Of a stretch of 64,000 nucleotides of DNA, positions 38,621 to 47,477 are shown one piece after another. The position numbers were made by a program, and so were the translations under genes. This DNA comes from Oceaniferula sp. (GTDB lineage Bacteria; Verrucomicrobiota; Verrucomicrobiia; Verrucomicrobiales; Akkermansiaceae). The stretch spans positions 7,456 to 71,455 of the forward strand of contig CBFHPA010000005.1 of the NCBI GenBank assembly GCA_965657565.1, given 5' to 3'. Every line of letters begins with the position of its first letter. Position 1 is the first letter of the stretch. The notes under the pieces are model-generated. The model was given only the letters and a program-made list of their open reading frames with translations. It ran no database searches and was not told the DNA's origin.

Positions 38621-40834
38621 TTAACTCTTAAGCCTCTTCTCCAGCGCTTGATCGGGCTGGGCTCCATTGTTCAGAGCTTGTTGGTAGAAGCTCTGCGCTT
38701 CTTCTTTGCGCTTTTGCTGCAGGTAAAGAACGGATAAATTGTAGTAGGCATCTGCGATTGATGGATTGAGCTTGATGGTTGATAGGAAATGACTTTCTGC
38801 CTTCTCATAGAGCTTGGCGGCACCAGCCATGTTGCCGAGGTATAAATGAGCCCTGGGATTGTCAGGATTAATCGTGAGTGACTTTTCAAAAGCTTCTTCG
38901 GCTCCTTTTAAATCTTTGTTTTTATACTGAGCGACACCCAGCATGAAGTGCGCGTAGCTGCTGTTGTCGCGCATGGTAATGGCCTCGTCTAAGCAGTCGA
39001 TCGCGTTTGTGTAGCGCCCTAATTTCATTTCTACTACCCCAAGTTTGCATAAAATTCGATAATTTCCTGGGACTCGCTCATTAATGTCTATCAGCACGGA
39101 GTGGGCTGCCTGCGTGCGGCCTTTTTCTATGTGACGGATGATGAGCCCCTCAACATATGATGTCTCTGATTCTAGAGCTTCAGCATGGCTTTGAGCGTGA
39201 GCGATTGTAACTCGCTCGGGGTTGGTGAACTCCCCATCTGGGCGACGGTGAGTCTCGACGTATTTTTTTTCCTCATCAGTTAAATTGATGCTTATTGCTC
39301 GGATGTCATTGATTGCCTCGGATAAGCCTTCGATTTTAATTTTTGATTTTGTGTAGGTATCCCAAAGGATTTGTTCTGCCATGCGTCTGCGCTCTTGGGA
39401 TGCTAGCAAGCGTTTGACAGTTCCTCTTAGTGTTGAGATCTCCTCCTCGTTAGAGAATTGGCCGTTATCTAGCTTGGCCTTGGACAACGAGGACTGGGCA
39501 TCCTTGAGTTGCATTTCTAGGGATTTAATCGTCTTGTTTTGCGCTGTCTGTTCTCGTTGGAAGTTGATTATTTTTGTTTTTGCGAGAGCTAGATCATTGC
39601 GGGCAGTAACTAGTTCGTCCTTGGTGGCATCCTGACGTTTTTCAAGGTAGCTCAGCCTATCCATGGATTCTTTGAGTTGTGTGCCGAGGCGCATGTTTTC
39701 TGAGATGAGTCCTTGGATTCCTTTGGAGTCGTTTTTTTTCAGCGTTGTGGCAAGGGTATCACGTTCGACGCGTAACTTGTCTCGCTGTTTGGTAAGTTCT
39801 GTAATGGTCGTTTGAGATTGATTTAAGCTCGCCTGCATATCTTTGATGCGTTTATTGGCGGACCCTAGTTCGGCGCGTGTCTTTTCGAGGGTGGCTGTCA
39901 CAGCCTTCAGGTCGTTACGTAGGCCGTTGATTACTTCATTGTTGGTTTCACCTTGTTGCACCATGTTTTTTCGAATTTGCTCGGCACGTTCTTTGGCTAA
40001 TTCTGTTTGCTCGCGATAGACATCGGCTGCCGCTGTAGCTTCGGTGAGTTTTTGCTGTGATGATTGAAGTGCACGCGCAGTGAGTTTCAACTCTTGTTCC
40101 AGAGTTTCATTTTTCTGCGATAGTCGATTCATGTCTTGCTGTAGTGGAGCACGAGCAAGAACATCACGCACCATGGCAACTTCTCGATCTTTCTGTTTGA
40201 TCAAATCTTCCAGGCGCTTCCTTTCGTTTTGCTGCAGCCTGAGTTCCTCATCTTGGGCTTTCGATGCTTTTGCCCGGCTTAAGGAGGCACTCAATTTCTT
40301 GCGAAGATCTTCGTTTTCTTTTTCTAGTATGTTGAGCTTCGATATGTTGCTTTGAACATTTCTGTCTTGTCCTGTGGATTGAAGGGTAGGGCTTGTCGTA
40401 TATCCGCTGCCGTTGGTTGTTTTGCTGGGACCTGTGGAGCCGCGTGCTGGGCTTTCGATGAAATCTTCGGTTTTCTTTCTTCTATTGGTGATTTCAGCTG
40501 TGGCTTGAGGTTCGATTTTGAGCATGCTTGCCTCTGTGCTTTTGATGCGGCTGTCCACTAAGTTAGGTTTCCAAGCTTTGTGAAATTTGCTCAATACACC
40601 GTAATAATTATAAGCTTGATGGTATTTTTGCCATGCTTCATCAAACTCATTATTTTGTTCATGTTTTTCGGCGCGTTTTATTTCAAGCCAGGCTTGGAAG
40701 AAGATGTCAGCAGGATCAAGTGATGCTGGGTTTTCCTGAGCTTTAAGATGTGGCGAAAAAGCTCCGACGAACAAAGGAATCAACAAAAAAAGCACAATGG
40801 CGATTTTTGATTTATACAATTGTAAGGAGCTCAT
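38621..40834 (-). CDS. Membrane-anchored coiled-coil plus TPR repeat protein (last gene of the MoxR/Bat-like operon)
   Basis: Probable start MSSLQLYKSKIAIVLFLLIPLFVGAF (ATG at 40834; the ORF track allows 40900). About 330 aa of heptad-rich E/K/Q/L sequence, then C-terminal TPR repeats (AHFMLGVAQYK..., AHLYLGNMAG..., AYYNLSVLYLQ...). Confidence 0.7.
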   Translation of the reverse strand: MSSLQLYKSKIAIVLFLLIPLFVGAFSPHLKAQENPASLDPADIFFQAWLEIKRAEKHEQNNEFDEAWQKYHQAYNYYGVLSKFHKAWKPNLVDSRIKSTEASMLKIEPQATAEITNRRKKTEDFIESPARGSTGPSKTTNGSGYTTSPTLQSTGQDRNVQSNISKLNILEKENEDLRKKLSASLSRAKASKAQDEELRLQQNERKRLEDLIKQKDREVAMVRDVLARAPLQQDMNRLSQKNETLEQELKLTARALQSSQQKLTEATAAADVYREQTELAKERAEQIRKNMVQQGETNNEVINGLRNDLKAVTATLEKTRAELGSANKRIKDMQASLNQSQTTITELTKQRDKLRVERDTLATTLKKNDSKGIQGLISENMRLGTQLKESMDRLSYLEKRQDATKDELVTARNDLALAKTKIINFQREQTAQNKTIKSLEMQLKDAQSSLSKAKLDNGQFSNEEEISTLRGTVKRLLASQERRRMAEQILWDTYTKSKIKIEGLSEAINDIRAISINLTDEEKKYVETHRRPDGEFTNPERVTIAHAQSHAEALESETSYVEGLIIRHIEKGRTQAAHSVLIDINERVPGNYRILCKLGVVEMKLGRYTNAIDCLDEAITMRDNSSYAHFMLGVAQYKNKDLKGAEEAFEKSLTINPDNPRAHLYLGNMAGAAKLYEKAESHFLSTIKLNPSIADAYYNLSVLYLQQKRKEEAQSFYQQALNNGAQPDQALEKRLKS

Positions 40835-40919
40835 GAGGGATGAGAAATTAGGCTGTAACGTTACTGCATGCAAATGCAAAAGTGATCGCATTGAGAACAA
40901 TACCGATTGGTTGAGTTGA

Positions 40920-43166
40920 TCAAAAAGTGCCGTTTAGTTTGCGTCCTGCCCAGAAACAACCAAGTAAAAGGATCAGGCATGTAGCAGTAATCCAATGTGA
41001 CCACAAAGGGGTTGTTGAAATAATTTTTTTTGCCTGTGGTAGGGCGCTAATTTCGCGATTTATTTTTTGCATTGAGTCACCTAGTAAGAGCTGACCTTTT
41101 GAGACCCGAGCCATTTCCTCGATAACGTCGGTGCGTGCAGGCATTCCTGTTTTTTCGATTTGCCGTCCTTGGGCGATAATAGTCGTTTCAGTGCTGTGGG
41201 CGCTGTCTTGACCAATCATAGCGCTGATTTCCCATGCTCCGGGTTGGGTGATTTTGAAACGTCCCGAATATGTGCCCCAGATCTGATCTTCCTTGTTGAG
41301 GCTGATTCGTTGAGGCTTGAGATCGGGAGCTGTAATATCGACATACACTTCGCCTTCTTTGAGTGGTGTGCCATATTGATCAAAGGCATTTGCATTGAGC
41401 ATTACGAAATCGCCTGGTTTTGGGCGCTCGGGTGTGAAGTAGAGCCTGATCCGTGACCCTGCAGCCATATTTCTTTGATATGACATCCATCTGGCAACCT
41501 GACCCCAGAATCGATAATGGTATAGGTCCTCAACGCCTCGCCGCCATTTCCATGCGGAATCATGGCCTAAAAATAGAACTTTACCATTGCCCGCGATTTT
41601 CGTCACCAGCATGGGGATTCTTCCATACTGGTTTGATCGAGTAGCATGAACAGCAAGCACATCGGTGCCGCCCTTGGCTTTGATGATGGGGGCATGCCAA
41701 TTGAATCCGGGTAAGTTTTTCCAGATCCCAGGATTATCTTCCTCTGTATCGCCAAGCATCGTAAGTAGTGACTTGGCGCCATTGGTGGTGAGGTTGAGTT
41801 TGGATGAAATTGTACTGCTAAAGCCGGTTTGTTTGCTTTCATCCATAATGACAGGGATGAGGTCTCCCAGTGGACTTTTGGAGAGCGAGGCCGTATTTCC
41901 TGCCGGTCCAGGTATGAATACAATTCCGCTGGCTTGATTTTCTACTAATCCTCTGAGCAATGCGGCTTGGTCGAGGGTGAGGCCTTTGGTGGGGTTTTCA
42001 CTGATTCCGACATCGCCCAAAATTACCACGTCGTATTTTTGGAGTTCTTCTAGTTTTTCGGGGAATTGATCGATGTAGCCGGGTCCGTCTCCCACGCCAA
42101 GATCTGGATGTAGTAAGAGGCAGTCTACTTGGACGCCTGGGTCTCTATAGAGAGCGTTTCGAATAAACCTATATTCCCAGCGTGGTTGAGTTTCGATGAC
42201 GAGCGCTTTGATAGACTCCCTTTTGCCGGAAATGGTGAATTCCTGTTTGTTGTTAGCTTCGACAAGCTCTCCGTTACTCACGGGGATTGATATTTCTAGC
42301 GTAGAGGATCCCTCCGTTGTTAATCGCCACAGCAGTGAATCATAGTAGTCTTTGCCTGCTGGGATTGTTATTGCCTTGGTCCGCTCTTTGCCTGATTGGG
42401 TGTCACGTAAGCGAATGCTTGTCCTTATGTCGCGGTCGAGTGATGATGTAATGGTGAATGGGATTTGCACATTTTCTCCAATGATTCCGTATGTGGGAGA
42501 AGTTACGTTTGAGATATCGAGATCTGGAAGTCGTCTGTCACTTCCAACAGGAATGCCAAACAAGGGGATCTGCCTTCGCCTCATCATTTGGGCTGCAGCA
42601 ACAGGCTGGCTGCCGATATTCCAATCGCCATCCGTTAGTAAAATAATTGCTCGAAGGTTGTCATGGTTTGCTAATGATTCCTCGATCGCAGAGTAAATAT
42701 TGGTCCCTGCAAGAGACTGGGTAATGGGGTCATTTGACTCGGGTGGAGATGAGAAGGGGACTTCGAAGACGCGATTATTTTCATCCTCTTTCAGTGATTG
42801 AAAAGAGTCGCTGGCGAGGACCTGTTGGATCCAATTCTTGCGGCTGACAATAGCTTGATTACTGCTCAGATAGGTTGGGAGAATAGCGTCAATCGTCTCG
42901 GTGGAAGCAGAAGCATCATAGAGGATGATGACTTCAGGCTTCGAAGTAGGTTGATGAGTGCTGCGCCATTCGGGTTGCCAGAGCATCAGCACGACGATTA
43001 GGGTAGATAAAAAACGTAGAACTTCGAGAATAGCTGTGCGTTTAGGTCTGCTCGAACGCACGACAGAGCTGAAGCAGAGTAATGCCATCCATAACAAAGC
43101 ACCAACACCGAGCCAGAGTGTGAAGAGACTCGGGCTGAACGCTAGATGATGGAGTGAGAAGTTCAA
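40920..43166 (-). CDS. Membrane protein with a VWA-like and a GATase1-like domain (Bat-operon type)
   Basis: 748 aa. Two N-terminal TM helices, AIILLTDGDWNIG (VWA-like), VVILGDVG...GIVFIPGP (GATase1-like), and a C-terminal TM helix. Confidence 0.6.
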   Translation of the reverse strand: MNFSLHHLAFSPSLFTLWLGVGALLWMALLCFSSVVRSSRPKRTAILEVLRFLSTLIVVLMLWQPEWRSTHQPTSKPEVIILYDASASTETIDAILPTYLSSNQAIVSRKNWIQQVLASDSFQSLKEDENNRVFEVPFSSPPESNDPITQSLAGTNIYSAIEESLANHDNLRAIILLTDGDWNIGSQPVAAAQMMRRRQIPLFGIPVGSDRRLPDLDISNVTSPTYGIIGENVQIPFTITSSLDRDIRTSIRLRDTQSGKERTKAITIPAGKDYYDSLLWRLTTEGSSTLEISIPVSNGELVEANNKQEFTISGKRESIKALVIETQPRWEYRFIRNALYRDPGVQVDCLLLHPDLGVGDGPGYIDQFPEKLEELQKYDVVILGDVGISENPTKGLTLDQAALLRGLVENQASGIVFIPGPAGNTASLSKSPLGDLIPVIMDESKQTGFSSTISSKLNLTTNGAKSLLTMLGDTEEDNPGIWKNLPGFNWHAPIIKAKGGTDVLAVHATRSNQYGRIPMLVTKIAGNGKVLFLGHDSAWKWRRGVEDLYHYRFWGQVARWMSYQRNMAAGSRIRLYFTPERPKPGDFVMLNANAFDQYGTPLKEGEVYVDITAPDLKPQRISLNKEDQIWGTYSGRFKITQPGAWEISAMIGQDSAHSTETTIIAQGRQIEKTGMPARTDVIEEMARVSKGQLLLGDSMQKINREISALPQAKKIISTTPLWSHWITATCLILLLGCFWAGRKLNGTF

Positions 43167-43184
43167 GAGACGGGGGCGGAGAAG

Positions 43185-45152
43185 TTAGGTGCGCACTTTG
43201 ATTTTGCTTTTCCGGGGTTGCAGGCAAAGCAATGCCTCGGTGATAAGAAAGACGAGCATGGCGATGAGTAATGCTTTCCAAATTTCTTTGACCATGGAGT
43301 CGGTCTTTCCCGCATCTTCGAAAAGGCTGTATTGAGTGCCGTTAAGTAATGCCTTCATATTATCTGTCTCTAATGTGAGCCACTCATCTTCACTAGCGGG
43401 CCGATTTGTGGCCAGAAGCCTTTCGCCGAATTTCCAGACACCAGCTTCATAGGCGGCATTACTTGATTTAGAGTCGGAGTATTCGTCGATACGACTTCTA
43501 ATCTCACCGTCTGCGAGTTGGGTTTCAAAACCTCCTGCCACTGCTGAGAATACAGAGCTGAAGCGTAAATCTCCGAGACGAATCATACGTTGAACAACGG
43601 GGAGGAGTACGTCTGCATCAGCTAGATTAGACCACATGTAGTCGGGCAGAGACGTGGCGAAGATAGCTCTACCATCTCCAACTACTTGGCGTATGAGAAA
43701 AGGCTGTTGGTCACTCCAAGAGGCAAGTGTTGTGTAATCTCCGTTAATGTTACGTCGTTTGATCGCTTTGAGTTTTGATGCGGGAATACTAATGCCATCG
43801 TCGCCATCACGTAGTGGTCCATCTGACTGATTCCAATCTTCAATGATGAAGTATTGTCCTTGAGCGGAAGTTTCTAAATTCTGCCATTCTACACCAAGAA
43901 ATGATGTATCTGACTCGCCGCGTGGTGGCAGGAATAAGGCGGCTCCGCCATTTTCAAGATACTCGTTTAATTTGTTGGCTGTTTTATCCGATGGTAGCGG
44001 GGCTTGCCAAATAATGAGCGTGGCGTTGATCCAGTCTATCTGATCTGCCTGATCCATCGAAAGTGATTTGCACCTATCATTATTCAGCCCAGGCGGAGCG
44101 CAAGCTAGTTTCAGCCATCTTGAGGGTTCTCCTCCTTCAGAAATCAAGTAGGTGGTTGCAGCGGTATGCTCTCCATAGGCAAAAAATGATACATTATCAC
44201 GAGGGTTTGAGTCTGTGGGTATGGCTACAAATCCGTATCCTTCTCCTTGCTTGTCTCCCAGTGGTAGGTTCTTTCGGTATTTGTAACGTTGGCCCTCGAA
44301 GCTTACACTTTCAGAGCTCCTGCTTCCGTTCAAGCTGTAGGTTAGAGGGACTGCTGATGTTCTGTTGGGGTCACTTGTGATAATTTCAATTTCTAATGAG
44401 AGTTCGTTATTTGCTCTTGTCGCAGATAGTACGCGCACTGCGACATTGTCCGTTGCGGTCGATGCCATTGAGATGATGCGTAGAGTTGCTTGTTGAGGCG
44501 AGTCAATCAGGCCTGCTCTGACGGCATCCCAGCGGCCGTCGTCTGGAGACCAGTCCGATTTTTGTAAATCTGAGGCTAGCCAAATCTCGGTGCGACCTGT
44601 GGAGTTATCTGAGATGTAATCGATAGCGGTAGATACGAGAGCTGGAATGAGGGCTTTTGTATCTGTGGCGGAAGTCGCGCTTAGCTCGGTGAGTGCATCT
44701 GGTGAGGGGATGGCTTGTGCTGATGCACTGGCGCTGTCGATAAGAACAAGTTTTGGGTTATTGAGTCGCTCCAATGACTGTTGAACGCTTTTGATGGCAG
44801 CTAGTCGTTTGCTTGTATCGCCATCATTGGTCAATTGTTCCATAGAGGGCGATCGGTCCAAAACAAGGATGACGGTATCAACCTGCGAGCCGCCCCAGCC
44901 GAGGAACCCCCCGACAAGTGGTCGAGCGATGGCAAAGATGAGGGCAGCTATAGCAAGTGCACGAAGGGTAAGTATGATGATGTATTTGAGCTTTTTTTTG
45001 CCTCTGGATTCTCGGGTGGCCTTGAGCAGGAAATCCATGGCGGCCCATTGCACAGTGCGGAACCGTCTTCGGTTGAGCAGGTGGATAATGATAGGTATGC
45101 TCACGGCCAACAAACCCCAAAGGAGTGATTGTTGTAGAAAAGTAACCGGCAT
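43185..45152 (-). CDS. BatA-like protein (N-terminal double-TM aerotolerance-regulator domain plus VWA-like domain)
   Basis: 655 aa. LLWGLLAVSIPIIIHLLNRRRFRTVQWAAMDFLL is the BatA_N signature. Also a MIDAS-like VILVLDRSPSM and a C-terminal TM helix. Confidence 0.7.
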   Translation of the reverse strand: MPVTFLQQSLLWGLLAVSIPIIIHLLNRRRFRTVQWAAMDFLLKATRESRGKKKLKYIIILTLRALAIAALIFAIARPLVGGFLGWGGSQVDTVILVLDRSPSMEQLTNDGDTSKRLAAIKSVQQSLERLNNPKLVLIDSASASAQAIPSPDALTELSATSATDTKALIPALVSTAIDYISDNSTGRTEIWLASDLQKSDWSPDDGRWDAVRAGLIDSPQQATLRIISMASTATDNVAVRVLSATRANNELSLEIEIITSDPNRTSAVPLTYSLNGSRSSESVSFEGQRYKYRKNLPLGDKQGEGYGFVAIPTDSNPRDNVSFFAYGEHTAATTYLISEGGEPSRWLKLACAPPGLNNDRCKSLSMDQADQIDWINATLIIWQAPLPSDKTANKLNEYLENGGAALFLPPRGESDTSFLGVEWQNLETSAQGQYFIIEDWNQSDGPLRDGDDGISIPASKLKAIKRRNINGDYTTLASWSDQQPFLIRQVVGDGRAIFATSLPDYMWSNLADADVLLPVVQRMIRLGDLRFSSVFSAVAGGFETQLADGEIRSRIDEYSDSKSSNAAYEAGVWKFGERLLATNRPASEDEWLTLETDNMKALLNGTQYSLFEDAGKTDSMVKEIWKALLIAMLVFLITEALLCLQPRKSKIKVRT

Positions 45153-45184
45153 AGCTGGGGTGTTATCTTTGTTGGGTCAGGCGT

Positions 45185-46081
45185 TTACTTCCTGCCTTTT
45201 TTAGGAAGCCTCGTGCTCAAAAAATCATGGATGATTTTCTCGTAATCTTGATCTGTCGTGATCAGGTGGTAGTCAGCATGAACGTCATGGCATGCTGATT
45301 TGACCCCGCTCAGAAAATCCTGCATGGCTTTGCGGTAATCCTCGGCAATGAGAATGGGCTCAGCGACCAGCGAGGTCTGATCTTCCATGTCGATGAAGCG
45401 ATGTGGGCGCTCAAAATCAAATTTGAGTTCCTGTTGATCGAGCATGTGGAAAATAGCTATATCGTGTTTCCGATAGCGTAGGTGTTGCAATGCGTCTGCT
45501 AAGTCTTTGGTGTCACAGAAAAGATCAGACATGATGATGATCAGTGCACGTTGGTTGGTTTTTTCAGCAATGGTGTGCAGAGCTTCAATGAGTCCCGTTT
45601 CACCACTGGGTTCAGTTTTGGCAAGAACGTCAAAGATATTGTTGAGTTGTGCAGGCTTACGAGTTGGGGGGATTTCGAGATGTATTTTCTCTTGGCATAT
45701 TGAAAGTCCAGCAGCATCGCCTTGATCAATGATGAGATAAGAAAGCGTAGCGGCTAGTTTGCGCGCAAACTGAATTCGTGAGTCATCATCCGCACTGAAT
45801 CCCATGGAGGCGCTGGCGTCTAAAACGAAATAAGCGCGCAGGTTGGTGTCTGCTTCGAATTCCTTGATGTAGTAGCGGTCCGACCTAGCGTAAGCTTTCC
45901 AGTCAAGCCGCCTGGTGTCGTCACCTTGAACATACTTGCGATATTCGGCGAACTCGACTGATGATCCACGATGAGGGGATCGGTGCCTGCCTGCAACATT
46001 GCCGGTCATGGCTTGGCGAGCCTCGAGTGGCATGGCGCCCAGACGAGCGAGAGCTTCAGAATCCAGGAAGTCGTATTTCAT
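45185..46081 (-). CDS. DUF58 domain protein (VWA-fold partner of MoxR)
   Basis: 298 aa. GRHRSPHRGSSVEFAEYRKYVQGDDTRRLDWKAYARSD signature and LDASASM. Confidence 0.85.
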   Translation of the reverse strand: MKYDFLDSEALARLGAMPLEARQAMTGNVAGRHRSPHRGSSVEFAEYRKYVQGDDTRRLDWKAYARSDRYYIKEFEADTNLRAYFVLDASASMGFSADDDSRIQFARKLAATLSYLIIDQGDAAGLSICQEKIHLEIPPTRKPAQLNNIFDVLAKTEPSGETGLIEALHTIAEKTNQRALIIIMSDLFCDTKDLADALQHLRYRKHDIAIFHMLDQQELKFDFERPHRFIDMEDQTSLVAEPILIAEDYRKAMQDFLSGVKSACHDVHADYHLITTDQDYEKIIHDFLSTRLPKKGRK

Positions 46082-46130
46082 CTATTGTTTCTATCAAGTA
46101 TCAACACAAGCCGATGCAGGACATGAGAAT

Positions 46131-47279
46131 TCACGCTTGGCTCATTTCGTCGATAAGCTTGCTGACGACTTTGGAAGATGTCATTCCTTGTGATTCTGCC
46201 GCGAAATTTGTCAAGACTCTGTGGTTGAGTACGGGGCTTGCAACAGCCTCGATGTCCTCTAGGCGAGCCATGTAGGACCCGTTCAGGGCTGCGCGAGCTT
46301 TCGCTCCCAGTATAAGATACTGAACAGCTCGCGGTCCAGCACCCCAACCCACATAATCATTGATCCAATCAGGCGCAGCGGATGAGCCCGGCCGGGTTTT
46401 GCGGACAATTTCAACTGCATAATCATAAATATGATCTGGCACGGGAATGCGGCGAACGAGATCCTGGTACTCTTGAACCCGCTGACCGCTGAGAATATGA
46501 TTCAGTTGGGGTTTAGATGTGCCTGTGGTTTCACGCGCGATACGAAGCTCTTCTTCATGGCTCGGATATTCCACCTCGATTAGGAACATAAAGCGGTCAA
46601 GCTGGGCCTCTGGTAGAGGATAGGTGCCTTCTTGTTCAATGGGGTTTTGCGTAGCGAGGACGAAAAATGGTTTGTCCAGAGGGTAAGTTTTTCCTAGCAC
46701 AGTCACCATGTTTTCCTGCATGGCCTCGAGCATCGCAGATTGGGTTTTTGCTGGGGCTCGGTTGATTTCGTCCGCTAAAACTAGGTTTGCAAACACGGGC
46801 CCTTTAATGAACTCAAACTCTCGGTGCCCAGCTCCCGTTTCTTGGATAATATCCGTGCCGGTGATGTCTGCAGGCATCAAATCGGGTGTGAACTGTATTC
46901 GATTGAAGCTAAGATCCATGGTCTCGGCCACAGAGGATACCAGTAGGGTTTTCGCGAGGCCGGGAACGCCCATGAGAAGCGCGTGTCCTCTGGAAAAAAG
47001 GCATATCGCGAGACGCTCAATCACTTCATCTTGTCCGATGATAACTTTGCCTATCTCTTCTTTGAAATCTTGATATACTTGGCGTAATTGATCTACCGCT
47101 ATGACGTCATCTGCGGGGAGTGCAGAGTTGGTGCTTGTCATTCCATCATTGGCGTCTTGTGTTGAACTGTCACTCAGGTCCTGTGGATCAGAACCTTGTG
47201 ATGTAGTTGATATGTCCATAATATTAATCGTTTTTAAAATCGTCTTTTTTTTATTATCTCCATGCCCCTGTTGAGCCAT
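46131..47279 (-). CDS. MoxR-family AAA+ ATPase
   Basis: 382 aa. Walker A GVPGLAKT, Walker B LADEINRA, and ATQNPIEQEGTYPLPEAQLDRF. An alternative start exists at 47219 (MDISTT). Confidence 0.9.
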   Translation of the reverse strand: MAQQGHGDNKKKTILKTINIMDISTTSQGSDPQDLSDSSTQDANDGMTSTNSALPADDVIAVDQLRQVYQDFKEEIGKVIIGQDEVIERLAICLFSRGHALLMGVPGLAKTLLVSSVAETMDLSFNRIQFTPDLMPADITGTDIIQETGAGHREFEFIKGPVFANLVLADEINRAPAKTQSAMLEAMQENMVTVLGKTYPLDKPFFVLATQNPIEQEGTYPLPEAQLDRFMFLIEVEYPSHEEELRIARETTGTSKPQLNHILSGQRVQEYQDLVRRIPVPDHIYDYAVEIVRKTRPGSSAAPDWINDYVGWGAGPRAVQYLILGAKARAALNGSYMARLEDIEAVASPVLNHRVLTNFAAESQGMTSSKVVSKLIDEMSQA

Positions 47280-47477
47280 TTTTAGGCTTCTGAGATACTC
47301 CGAAAAGCTCGAAGAAAGAGACGTTATGTAAAGTAAACGAAGCTAAGTGGGCTAATTATTTTGTCGAGGCAGGAAAACGCAGTTTTTTAATGTTTTATAC
47401 AAGAGAATCCTTAGATTGAATATTATTATTGCTTTGATTGGGTAATTGAGGATTTTTATAAAAAAGCGTTTGTCGTT

